Assembly: GCA_965644265.1 (NCBI GenBank)
Contig: OZ286459.1
Span: 92,752,001-92,816,000 of the forward strand
Length of the DNA stretch: 64,000 nucleotides
Source: Glycera tridactyla
Lineage: Eukaryota
Reading direction: 5' to 3'
The notes under the pieces were generated by a model that saw only the letters and a program-made list of their open reading frames with translations, was not told the origin of the DNA and ran no database searches. The translations under genes and the position numbers were made by a program. Shown piece after piece: positions 28,401 to 42,600 of the stretch (positions within the stretch are counted from its first letter, which is position 1; every line of letters starts with the position of its first letter).

Positions 28401-31400
28401 CTGAGCTACATACATCATACGAAATGCAATGGCAGCACATGGTGCATCCACAAAATATCGATAACTAGTCAAAGCATCAATTGGACTTTGCCAATGAAGA
28501 CTTTGAAGGTAATTTCATATTCGCCAGAGATGTTTCATCATATGTGACTGTTACAAAAGCTCAACTCCTTCGGTTTTTCTAGATAGTGAGTGAGTAATTT
28601 TGTATTATACAGAATGTTGTTGTTGTTATAGTATCTTTATTCACGATCAAAAGAGAACATCAAAGACATAACAGGTCTGATTTCCAATAATATCATGAGT
28701 CATCTTCCGCATTATCTTGTTGGTTAGTAGTGCAGGGCAATAACTTGATGACTTATCAGTTTTGCCATTATTGGGCACGTTAAAAATAACATCAACAGTG
28801 TGCTGCTCCTTTGACGGAGCACCTTCTATTGTCATATATTTGGAACAGTATTACTAGAGAGAGTTTGGAAGATTTATGTATCTGTCTATATCATGTAAAT
28901 ATTTATAAAGTTTCTATTTTCACACTGTAAATTATCGAAAGTTTGCCATCAGTGTAGTCAGTACAGAAGACTTTGGGAGGTCACATCAGACTGGAGATGA
29001 GTGCCTAGGTGAGTATCTCATATGATGGAGTATTGAATCTTATTTCAATTACCTGGTTTCTCAAGATGAGCATCAACATCGATGTCACCTTTGACCTTAG
29101 GATCCTTGTGTCCTCCTTTCATACTGAACGATGGCAATGACACAGATGGAAGATTGATGTCAAAACCACGTCGACGGTGCTCATCATCCGAATCGTCATC
29201 TTCCTTCTTTTGTTTGGCTTCCTTATCTTTCAAACCAAAGGAGAATTTTCCTTTCGGTGATTTCACTTTTGGAGCCTTCAAGTCGAGGTCAGCATCTGGC
29301 GTTTCGATGACAATATCACCATCAAAGTCAAGATCCAGTTCTCCACCACATGACAGGTCACGTGAGATCGCACCATCATCCTTATCCTTATCCAACCATC
29401 GCTGACAGGGGAATACATATTTCTTCTTGTGTGGAATGTCGTCAATGACTATTTTGTCAAGGAACCACGCTGGCCCAGCACCCGAGTTGTCGTGCTCGAT
29501 GTTAACACGATCAACAGGTCCCACAAAAGAGCAGTCGATATCAAATGTATCCATCCTGTGAAAAATCATGAAGATTCCATGACAATCAATCATTGTGATT
29601 CATACAATTGATATGAGTAATAAATTGTTAATGTCTAGTGTGTGTTGGTTTTCTCTACAAATCATCTGATCATACAATGGATTAATTCCATGTCTCAATA
29701 CAGTCTCCCATTAAGAGGAAAACTTCATTTTGCTGGGAATGTCAACTCAGAAAAACCCCAGTGAATATCATGTTACATGTCTGATCACTATATCATTGAC
29801 CAACTATATAACTGTAACTGTAAACATGAATATACCCATCCATCCTCCCATCTATTCATCCATCTTATCACACATATAACAGCCACAACAGGATCATAAG
29901 TAGTGTGTTTAAATCCAAACTTACTTTCCAGTTTCAAAGTTGTTCTTCTTGTTGTCCAATTCATGTCGGCCAGAATCACCCAGTGGTCCAAAGAACTGCA
30001 TAAACACGTTGGCATCGGTTCCAGACCCAAACTTATCACCAGTGAACACATGAACCTTGTAATTGTCTTCTGCAAATAAACAATCATCAGGCCATCTGTA
30101 GCACGTATCTTGAGTGCATCGATATACATCAACTCATATCATGTTATTATTAACATGAATGTGAACATTCAAGAAAAAAAAACATCATACTACACAGCAC
30201 CATATTCTCGAAGCATGGTTCATGAACAAATAGAGTATAGAATAGGCTCATCCTGAACTATCTTTCGAGCCCCATGAAGATGAGAATGACTGAGCAAACT
30301 GCAATGAGTTTGATATTGCCCCCCCCCCCCCATTCAAGCGCGATTACAACTTGGTAATAGTAAGAAATTACCAGTAGAAATGATAAATATATATAGAATA
30401 TATGGATGAAAGTCATTTCCTTTCATTTAGCTCTAACCCTGTATTATCATATTCATTGCAATTTGGTCAGACACAATGGGGACGGACGTCGCTATCTGAA
30501 AGTAGGAGAAATCACAATCAACTGACTACTGACTTGATAATTGGCTACTAGTATTTGGCAGAAAAGGTACCGTCTGTTAGATGATTTTGGTCAACCTCGA
30601 GCCCTACACAAATATAGTTTTGTTATGGCACAATCAATTCTTTTCAAATTCAAAATATCAATATCCCACAGCTGCCCCATTTGTCGTGTCAGTAGAGATG
30701 TAAGCAGATTATGGAATACAAAAGTATTTGAGGTAATTACCTGGTTTTTCAAGATGGGCATCAACATCCAAATCTCCTTTGACTTTAGGTTCTTTGTGAC
30801 CACCTTTCATGCTGAACGATGGCAATGAAACAGATGGCAGGTTGATATCAAAACCTTTGCCCTTTGGTTTCTTCACCTTTGGTCCATCTATATCTATGTC
30901 AAGGTCACCATCAAAGTCAAGATCGAATTCACCACCAAGTGAGAGGTCACGGTTGATGTCACCATCATCTTTGTCCTTGGCCAACCATCGCTGACATGGG
31001 AATACATATTTCTTCTTGTGCTCAATGTCATCAATGACAATTTTGTCAAGGAACCAGGCTGGTCCAGCTCCACTGTTGTCGTGCTCAATATTAACACGTT
31101 CAACAGGTCCCACAAAATCACAGTCGATATCAAATGTATCCACCCTGCAGAAAAAAGGTCACATGTGATTATGTTATGAAAATACCGACTTTTGCATTAA
31201 TTATAAACGTAACAGTGAACTGTTACATAGTTGGGATGGAGTCAATCCTCGCAAGTTTATAGGGAATATTGTTCAACAAATCTTCATTTTTCATTTACTT
31301 TTCATGAGAATGAAGCCTTAAGAATAGGATAAGGATATTTGGGGGCGAGTAACAAATACGTTCGGCAGTGAAGAAAAATCAAGCCAGGAAATGTATGAGT

Positions 31401-34400
31401 AGGTCTAACTGATAGGTCTGTACGCTCCAAGGTTTTCATCGAATCGTTACTGCTGGGCATCATTCAAACTATACTAGCAACGATTATGGTCCAACAACTT
31501 GCCTCGAAAGAGTTGACACCTAAAGAATGGAATAATAGCTAGGTCGATTCTACTTACTTTCCAGTTTCAAAGTTGTTCTTCTTGTTGTCCAGTTTATGGA
31601 GACCAGAATCTAGCAATGTTCCAAAGAACTTGATGAAGACATTGGCATCTGTTCCTGATCCGAACTTGTCACCAGTATGTACGTGCACTTTGTAGTTACC
31701 TCCTACAAATGATTTCAAAGAAAATATTGGGATGTATTGCACAGAGCTCTTTCACTACAAGTTGTATGTATTGTGATGCCTTTTGAAATATGACTATTTA
31801 GATTGATATATAATTTCGATAGATATCTGACGTTGTTAGCAGTTATTCTAATTGACTCATTTGTCACCTGCACAATATCTCGATGCAGTGAGCTCATTTT
31901 TTACATGATTTTCATAGGCTTTACTTCATTTATAGTGTGTCAAGCCAACTTCCATCAGATTCATAACGTGAACCACACCCATTGGCAGTTGAAATCATCA
32001 ATCAGTCATTACAATACTGATATGATAATGGATGGTAGCTTTCAGACTTCACCCACCTGGTGTTGATACATCTGGAGTCTTGACCTCAAGTTCACCCTCA
32101 GCCTTGACCTTGGGCTCCTTGTGTTTACCCTTCATACTGAATGATGGCATTGAAACAGACGGAAGGTTGATATCAAAACCTCTTCGACGACTCTCATCAT
32201 CTGAATCCTCATCCTCCTTCTTCTTCTTTGGTTCCTTCTCCTTTTTCTTCTTGTCTTTTGAACCAAATGAGAACCTGCCCTTTGGCTTCTTCACCTTTGG
32301 TCCTTTCAGTTCAACATCAACTTCAGGTGCTTTAATGTCAATATCACCATCAAAGTCCAGATCAAACTCGCCACCAAGTGAGAGGTCGCGATTGATTGCA
32401 CCATCTTCCTTGTCTTTGGCCAACCATCGCTGACATGGGAAGACATACTTCTTCTTGTGCGGGATGTCATCAATGACAATCTTGTCGAGGAACCAAGCTG
32501 GTCCAGGCCCAGTGTTGTCATGCTCAATGTTGACGCTCTCAACAGGTCCGACAAAGTCACAGTCGATATCAAATGAATCCACCCTACAAATATGATGTGC
32601 ACAGGTTTGATGAGAAAGCCCGCAACAATCCAATAAATATCAAATGATAGCATAAGTGATGGTTTTACTTGTGATAGTATAATCCTGAGACATATAGGAT
32701 AGAGATTAAGAGGAATATTATATCTGCAGTAGGTAGGATCGAACCAAGGATGGATACATGATCTTGAGACTTGTGTGATCCTATCTGTACTGAGCAGAGA
32801 GTATTGCATGGTTGCACCAATTCGACATGCATGAGCGTCCAAATATAGCAAGGGTGATCATGATCTTATCAACCAACAAAACCACCCATTCAATATACTA
32901 CATAATACTTCCTGGGAGGCAAGTTACATGCAGGAATCAAACATTTCAAGAGTATTCATACTCACTTTCCAGTTTCGAAGTTGTTCTTCTTGTTGTCCAA
33001 TTTATGAAGTCCAGAATCACCTAGCGCTCCCAAGAATTTGATGAATACATTGGCATCTGTCCCTGATCCAAATTTATCACCAGTATGGACATGGACCTTG
33101 TAGTTTCCACCTGGAAAATAATGAAATATTTGATGTTAACATTGTATGGATTGCATTCAAAGGGATCATACAATGTATGACTAATGAAAGCATCGCGGCG
33201 ATAGAGCGACCAGTATTATATCATTACAACATGGTATCACTGGACAAATAAAGCAATTCTCACAGTATGTCAATTTTTTTGTTATGCTTCGTATATACCT
33301 ACAAATCCTCAAAGTTGTGAAATGAAATCCACAGGTTGAAACATCCCACGGAGGGTGCCATCGGCAGGAATGAAAGATGTTTGAATCTGAACCTGAATCC
33401 AGTTATTTGCTCGGAAACGGCATCAATGCTATCAAAATATTGTTGCTCCTTTCATGAAATATGGGATCGTGAAGCTAGTTCTTCAACTCATCAAAGTGTC
33501 AGATGTTTTTGATATCAGATCTTTTCATAAAATAAAGCTGAAAAAGCTCTCATGTTAAGAGTGTAAATGTGACTTGGGTATTAAAGTGACAGATGTTTTT
33601 GATATAAGATCTTTTCATAAAATAAAGCTGAAAAAGCTCTCGTGTTAAGAGTGTAAATGTGACTTGGGTATGAAAGGAATCACGTCAATGAGCAGCAGAT
33701 TCAAAAGAATCCACGAAAATATGTTTCAATCTCATGCCTCGAGGCTGTAAGAGATTAGGAAGTGGTCAGGCTAGTATATAGATTGCAGAACAACTCTTAC
33801 CCTTGATATCTGCATCCGGGGTAGTAACATCAATATCTCCCTTGACCTTGGGTTCCTTGTGTCCTCCCTTCATACTGAATGATGGTAATGACAAAGATGG
33901 CAAGTTGATGTCAAAACCTCGGCGATGACCTTCATCATCAGAGTCCTCATCCTCCTTCTTCTTCTTTGGCTCCTTCTTCTTCTTGTCCTTCGAACCAAAT
34001 GAGAACTTCTTCTTTGGTTTCTTGACCTTGGGAGATTTAGCATCAAAGTCGAGGCCGCCTCCAAAGTCGAAGTCGAACTCGCCACCAAGTGAGAGATCAC
34101 GGTTGATCTCCCCGTCGTCCTTGTCATTGTCAAACCAACGTTTGCATGGGAATTCATACTTCTTGTTGTGAAGAATGTCGTCTATAACAACCTTGTCGAG
34201 GAACCAAGATGGTGCTGATCCTGAGTTGTCATGTTCGATGTTAAGACGGTTGATTGGTCCCACAAAGTCACAGTCAATGTCAAATGTATCCACCCTACAA
34301 TGCAAAACATTTCAATTGTAGGAATACATCTAGTGAAATATTTCAATCCATTTTCACGAACACTTTTATTCCTTAGGAATATTCAATTGACACAGGGTAT

Positions 34401-36593
34401 AATGAATGAGATAAATATTCACCCAAGACCATTTCAATATGCCTGAACTTTGCGAACCAAAGCCTCACTCCACAAGGACACCGATCCCCACTAACGGATT
34501 CTGACTCCCCCAGTCACTATCCCTGGGTTGTAAATTACCTCCCACTTCACCCTTATTCCAAATGAAATGCATGATTTCAAATTGGATTTCTCTTGCATTG
34601 ATACATTTCATTCAACATCATCTCAAATCTCCCTGTATAATTTTTCCTGTCAAATGGAGTATTATTCAAACGTTACATCATGGACGACCACAAATATTGC
34701 TTGTGCTAATATGAAAAAGTAATGATTGTGGTATTTTCCCTGGGCTAAGAATCTTCCTGGACCGAAATAGCGAATTCGATTAAGAAAACTAGCATTTTGG
34801 ACGTCAGAAATAGACCATACTACTGGCTGGTACTGAAAGAACATAGCACCATATGGAATGCTTGGTGGGCTTGCTGCAGAGGCTCAATAGTTGTCAGATC
34901 GTAAATGACTGACGAAAACGAACACTCACTTTCCAGTTTCAAAATTGTCCATCGCATTATCGAGTTTGTGCTTGCCAGAGTCTCCCAGAGCACCAAAGAA
35001 CTGCATGAAGACATTGGCATCTGTTCCAGATCCGAACTCGTCACCAGTGTGGACATTCACCTTGTAGTTACCTCCTGCAACATGACAACATGAAAAACAT
35101 GAATAGAAAGGATAATCACTAACTCGGAAGTACTGATGTGGGAGCCATTTCTATTCACCCACATGATGCCATAATCCTGAAACATTATCATAACTGCTCA
35201 AAGTCGTAAGAAGTATGCCAGAATACCCCACATATCCAGTTCAGCATGCATACAATCCCCTCTAACATATTGATGAATGTATGTATGTTAGCTACGATGC
35301 CTTGCGAACTGAACAGTGGCTATTGCCACATGACTACAGTGAATGGGATGAGTAGAAGGGCTTTAGACTTCATCATCATCACCATCGCCATCACCCTCAC
35401 CATCACCATCACCTCCACCATCACTATATGAGCAAATATAATAGGACAGACAGGAAAGAACTCAACCCGCAAAATCAGATGAGTAAACAAAATCATTCAG
35501 AATATCACTTGAACTGAGCAATTCTCACCTGGAACTTTGGGTGCTTCAGCTGACACATCAAGTTCACCCTCCGCTTTCACCTTGGGCTCCTTGTGTCCAC
35601 CCTTGAAACTGAATGATGGTAGTGACACCGATGGTAGGTTGATGTCAAATCCTCGCCGGTGACCTTCATCATCAGAGTCCTCATCCGACTTCTTAGGTGA
35701 CTTTTCCTTCCTCTTCTTATCTTTGGAACCAAAGGAGAATTTCTTCTTCGGCTTCTTCACTTTGGGGCCCTTCAGTTCAATGTCAACATCCGGGGAGTCG
35801 AGGTCAAGGTCAAATGTACCACCGAGAGAGAGATCGCGGCAGATGGCGCCATCATCTTTGTCCTTTGACAGCCATTTCTGGCAGATGAATTCATACTTCT
35901 TCTTGAGCTCGAGGTCGTCAATCACGATCTTTTCAAGGTACCATGCAGGTCCTGGGCCGGAATTGTCATGCTCGATCTGCACACGCTCAACTGGACCAAC
36001 GTTTGGACAGGTCAATCCAAAGTGATCCACCCTGCAAACAGACACGTCCTTAGTTATATTCCGACATAGTAGCTGATGGATTGATCGATTGAGTTATCAT
36101 CAACATCATTTCAACCATTACCATATTACCATATACGTTGGTTGAATATACAGTCAAACATGTCTACACAGAGCCACAATCCAACACTTTGCAAAGAGCT
36201 TATTCACTGTACAAAATACTTTTGCGGATACTGGTCAGGGTGCACTATATAGTCAGGCGATCTCTGCAGCAAATTTGAAAGTTTGATTGTGTCCCAAGAA
36301 TCTCAAATTCGCAAATTTTGGAATATGCTTCATAGAAATACTCTCTTTCTGGGAAAAGTTGAGTATGTAATGAAAGTTATCACAAATGGGGGAGGAATAT
36401 GTTCAGGTTCTCAAAGGACACTGATGACATGGCGTGCCTTACCTTCCAGTTTCGAAGTTATTCTTGGCGTTGTCGAGCTTATGCTTGCCAGAGTCAAGCA
36501 TGGCACCAAAGAAAGTGAGGAAGACATTGGCATCAGTGCCCGATCCAAACTTGTCACCCGTGTGAACGTGAACGTTGTAATTCCCTCCTACAA

Positions 36594-36624
<31 letters not shown>

Positions 36625-39600
36625 CATCATGCTCAATCAATCATCGAAGTATTATAACTACTATTATCATTTCATCGTAATGATTGGCCTGGGATATAAG
36701 GACTCCGATTCAAACACAGCGCTTCAGTATTTGCAATGGTAAAATAGCGAGAGCTGCAATTCCTGGAGTCAAGTTGTGCGTCAAGTGCAAAAGTTCTGGG
36801 CAAAACGGGGTAATAATTACTCCAAGGTCGTAATATGTTAGCATCTCTGCATTTGGCTGACAACTTATCAAATCTCACCTGGTTTGCCAGCAACTGGTAT
36901 CTTAGCCTCAGGGCTGGCCTTGACCTTGGGATCCTTGTGTCCACCCTTCATACTGAACGAGGGCATCGACATAGACGGCAGATTGATATCCAGCCCGCGC
37001 CGTTTGCGATCATCGTCGTCATCTTTCTTCTTGGGCGTCTTCTCTTTCTTATCCTTTCCACCAAATCCGAACTTGAACCTCGGTGATCGCGGGCCTTTCA
37101 CGTCTAGGTCGACATCCGGGGCCTTGGCATCGAGGTCAAAATCGAGATCGTACTCGCCTCCAACGCCGAGAATGCGAGAGATTTCGCCATCGTCCTTGTC
37201 CTTGGAGAGCCATCGTTTGCAGGGGAACTCGTACTTCCGCTTGCCCTCAAAGTCGTCGATGACGACCTTGTCGAGGTACCATGCAGGCCCTGGCCCGGAG
37301 TTATCGTGGTGAATGTTGAGTCGGTCGAGCTGACCTAGTGACGGGCAGTCAATGTCGAAGTGATCCACTCTGAAACAAACAATGTACACAATGAAGGTCG
37401 CTTCACCATGACATGCACGTGCATCAGGTTCAAATCCGGACCCCCCCCCCCCCCCTCCCACACACACATACGTACGTGCCACTATATGCGAGCTCAGTTG
37501 GCTCCCAAATGGTGTTTGTCGAATACATAAGGGAACTAGACACCATAAACTAATAGCACGAGTACGCTGATGTTCGTTTGTTTGTTCATTCGTTCGCTGG
37601 TTTGTTTCATAAGCTTTTTATTTTACTGCATATTAAAAATATTGAGGTAAATGTGGAAGAAAATAGGCATGGGGCAGGGAATGACCCCATCACTGCGAAA
37701 TACCAATGGTTAGTGGCGGGCACTCTACACTGGCTTAGTATGCATATGATTCGTATTTATCTGAACGGTTTTTGGTAGTTCTCTACGCTTGTTAGGATAT
37801 GTTCAAATATAACATAACGTGTGCATGCAAATCACAGAGATAAATCTCTGTAGCTTTTTTGAGCTAAGGAGGGCATGGTACTGTATTGGTTTCACAATCC
37901 CTCTCCCTTCACTAGCGATCAAGAAGGAGCCCTTCTGATGCCCATTGCATGAACGTCTCAATATAGCACATAGAGCCGATGGGACGTTGAACCATAACCA
38001 ATCCACTAATTGTATCCACCCACTGCTGCCGCTATTGGCGCTGTTGCCTCCAACGACTGATGTTATTGTCCAACTTCTGATGCATATGTATAACAAATTT
38101 CAAGAATGTAGGTGCATTATCAATCGAATGAGGCTTCGAAGAAAAAACCTGACCGAAATCTTAAAAAAGACTCCAACCAATGTTAACGCTGACGACGTCG
38201 ACCCGTCGACGGAAGGTGACAATTATGTCCCACCACTGCTAAAGCAGGCTGGACAAAAATAATGATCAAAATGTCAGCTGCCGATTTTCAAAGTTGAACG
38301 GCACTTACTTTCCGGTCTCGAAGTTGTTCTTTTTGTTGTTCAATTTATGCAGACCAGAATCCGCATCTGCCGAGAAGAACTTGAGGAAGACATTGGCATC
38401 TGTTCCAGATCCGAGCTTATCACCCGTGTAGACATGTACCTTGTAGTTACCACCTGCAACAAGACCCAACCATCAGATATATATACAACCACCATGTTAA
38501 ACCTAGCACTCTTTCCCAGTCCAACTGATACCCGCGTATCTGACGAGGAAACCAAGTTATGTTAAACCGCGCGAAAGTCATAACAGCAGAAAACACGAGA
38601 TGGCGCTTCTGGCGCGAGATGCCGCGTGCAATGACACTTCCGCTTTACGCATCTCGCGTGATGCTCTCTATCGAGTCATGTGGTGATGAAAGTAACTACC
38701 TAGAAGCCACGGCTGCGGAAAAGGTGTGAAGCCACGGCTGCGGAAAAGGTGTGAAGCCACGGCTACTGAAAAGGTGTGAAGCCACGACTGCGGAAAAGGT
38801 GTGAACAACAACGTTGAGAGAGAGTGGGAGAGAGGGGGGGGGGGGGGGGGGGAGGAGGCAGGCGGTTGAGTGGGAGACCCCCTTCAACCGTGGCCCCTCT
38901 TCTAATCTTTTGATTATCACTTCCGAGAGGGTTCAAAGAAACCCTTTCTGTGCCAGATANNNNNNNNNNNNNNNNNNNNNNNNNNNNNNNNNNNNNNNNN
39001 NNNNNNNNNNNNNNNNNNNNNNNNNNNNNNNNNNNNNNNNNNNNNNNNNNNNNNNNNNNNNNNNNNNNNNNNNNNNNNNNNNNNNNNNNNNNNNNNNNNN
39101 NNNNNNNNNNNNNNNNNNNNNNNNNNNNNNNNNNNNNAAAGTCAGCACCAAGTGTATACATAGACCACTGACGGTCATAATAAAAAGCGGCTTCTTGATA
39201 CACGTGACTTTGTTAGAGAGTTGGTCCACCAACACTCTGAGTTGTCTTTATAGGCAGGTGGTCTTCGTAAGCAGCACCGCCTATTATTTTCTCTGAAATG
39301 AATTAAGATAATTTTGATTGTGTTCCGAATCAACTTCTCGACTCTCCAATCGAGTAGCTACCTAACAAATTTGTTGAATAGCTCGAAACAGTTCTAAGCA
39401 GACTAGAATTGAAAGAAGACTGAGGGCGAATACATAACCGGGTTCAAGGATCGCCGGAAGACCTATACAATACGTTCGTGGCGTCGAAATTGAAATCGGA
39501 CGAGAAATGGCGATTTTTGAGTCTGAAACGTACCCGCCACATTTGGATTTGACAGAGTTCAACTAACCTTTGGCGGACGCATCAGGAAGGTCAACGTCCA

Positions 39601-42600
39601 TGTCGTGGTCCTTCTTGGATTTGCCACCTTTCATGCTGAAGGAGGGCAGCGAGAAGGAGGGCATGTTGATATCAAAGTGCCGCCGGTCGTGATCACCGCC
39701 TTTCTTCTGTTTCTCCATGACGATATCAGCTCCGTCGAACACTATCTCACCGCCAAGATCGATCTCCGGAGGGTTGGGACAGTTGAGGTCCAGGCCGATC
39801 TCGCCGTCGCCCTTGTCCTTGCCCAGCCAGCGGTTACATGGGAACTCCCACTCATGCGACCTCTCCACGTCCTTGACGACGACCTTGTCCAGCTTCCAGT
39901 CCGGTGCCGACCCTGAGTTGTCGTGCTCGATGTTGATATGCTTCAGTGGACCGACGTATGGACATTTGATGTTGAAGTCATCCACTCTGCAAGAAAATCA
40001 CCGTTTATTTCACAGGTCATATACGGGTGCACAACTAATCTCGGGGGGGGGGGGGGATAATCAGGCAAAGACAGGCGGACAGACAGACACAGGGACNNNN
40101 NNNNNNNNNNNNNNNNNNNNNNNNNNNNNNNNNNNNNNNNNNNNNNNNNNNNNNNNNNNNNNNNNNNNNNNNNNNNNNNNNNNNNNNNNNNNNNNNNNNN
40201 NNNNNNNNNNNNNNNNNNNNNNNNNNNNNNNNNNNNNNNNNNNNNNNNNNNNNNNNNNNNNNNNNNNNNNNNNNNNNNNNNNNNNNNNNNNNNNNNNNNN
40301 NNNNNNNNNNNNNNNNNNNNNNNNNNNNNNNNNNNNNNNNNNNNNNNNNNNNNNNNNNNNNNNNNNNNNNNNNNNNNNNNNNNNNNNNNNNNNNNNNNNN
40401 NNNNNNNNNNNNNNNNNNNNNNNNNNNNNNNNNNNNNNNNNNNNNNNNNNNNNNNNNNNNNNNNNNNNNNNNNNNNNNNNNNNNNNNNNNNNNNNNNNNN
40501 NNNNNNAGACAGACAGAGCATGCTGGGCTGCCCAGATGGGCAGTGCTTCCTGGTAAAAACAACCACTCACTTTCCTGCCTCGAAGTTATCCTTGATATTG
40601 TCCAATTTGTGTTTGCCTGAATCGCCGAACAAACCGAATAAGGTCAGGAATACATTGGCGTCAGTTCCAGCATCTTTCTCTGCACCAGTGTGAACTTTCA
40701 CGTTATACTTCGTGTCTGAAAATAGGAAAATATATCGACGATGAACCAACAGGATAATGTCCTTACATGATTTATAAACCATGCAAAAAATAGAATTACG
40801 GTGTAAGAGCAATCATTGTCTACTTTGAGCTTTGGCGAATTAAACATGGAAGATGAACTGTTTCTCGTAGTCAGTGAGGTTGGTTGTACAACATTACCTC
40901 AGGACCATCGGATGGCTAGAATATGGGTTGTTTGATTATTGTTTGTTTATTTGTTCGTGTTTAACGTCCTTTCAACCACATTTGGTTATATCAGAATGCA
41001 AAACTGAAAATGCTGGAGAAAAGCTGCACCCTTGCCGGCGCCCATCCCTACTCTCTGCAAAAGACAGCAGTGGTTCTTTCATGTGCATACAGGAAAAGAC
41101 TCCTATATACACGGCCGGCCTTTGATATCCTAGAGGGCATGTACTGGGTTGAGAACAGATATTCTACGGAGTGGACTGACCTGGCCGTGAAGGAAGTTGA
41201 AGGTCCACATCATCCACATCTGCTGACACGTCCAACTTTCCCTTTGGTTTCTTTCCTCGACCCTTGAAGCCCCATGATGGCATTGAGAATTTGGGGCCCT
41301 TGAAATGAGGTCCTTTGAAGTTGAAGTCAGTATCAAAATCAAATGATGGTGGATCTGGGCATGATAGATCAAAATCAATTCCGTCACCCTTGTCCTTTGA
41401 CAACCACTTGAGACAGGGGAACTCGTACACGTGGCCTCGTGGAACATCCTCGATGGTCACCTTTTCCGGTTTCCAGTCTGGTGCAGCACCTGAGTTGTCA
41501 TGCTCAATGTGACATCCGCCGATAGGACCAACACATGGAAGCTCGAAGTCGAATTTATCAGTCCTAAAACAGACCATAAGGAAATGGACAATGGTACAAA
41601 GTATAAGTGAATATATAAACCTGTTAACGAAAGGCTGGTATGACCGAGTGGATTGGAGGAATTACTCCCCTGAAGTGAATTTCACTCTCCTGAATTGGTG
41701 CAGATTCACAAAAGTAAACAAGCTCGATAACAATTCTGTCGAGAGGGAGATATTTGTGCAAATAGTTTGCTTTTGGATCATATATGTGCAGATATATACA
41801 AAAACACCTCGGAGAGAATAGTTAGTGATGGTGATGTAGTCAAAATGACATTCTATCTTTTGTGTGAATCCAACCTTTTCTCATTAAAATATAGAAATAT
41901 TCTCCATTGGAGAGAGTGTGTTACGTCTTTTCACTCTCCCGAAATTACATTCACTCTCCCCAGTGTTCAGCCGAGTGGCCGAATCCGAGGACTGACTTTG
42001 TACATAGTGGCTGATACATTTGTATATTTCACTCACTTTCCAGCTTCGAAGTTATCCTTCAGGTTGTCCAACTTCAACTTGCCCGAGTCACCAAGAAGTC
42101 CAAAGAATGTAAGGAAGACATTCGCATCAGTCCCTGCATCTGGCTCATCAGCTGTGAGCACTTTCACCTTGTACTTAGTATCTGAAAAAAGAAGGGAGGA
42201 CATTTTACTCAATTCGACATGACAGATCACTTAAGGGTATTCGAGATGAAAGTAGTAGGATGAGCATAAAAAATTCTGACACCACCCACAAATCCGGGAA
42301 TATTTGGCACCCCCTAAATCAGATTTTCTCAATAGACATATGTTATATCCTGCAAATTCTGAATGACCCATTGGAACCCATATAGTATTTGACACCTGGG
42401 ACTGGGATATCAGCATTCCCTCACTATTCCAGACAGCTCAATTTCTCAAATCTCTGCTTACTGCTGGGGGTTGATGACCCTGCCCGATGCCAAATCCTGA
42501 ATTTCAAACTTCTGATTCACCTTTTTGTCAGACCACCCCACCTTCATTCTAATGGAATAGCTTCTAGCAAACTGTTTGAGGATATGCTGGCTGGTGAGCA

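Noticed and set aside
38704-38803. 25-bp repeat as a CRISPR array
   Set aside because: Head-to-tail copies without spacers, no cas genes, eukaryotic intron.
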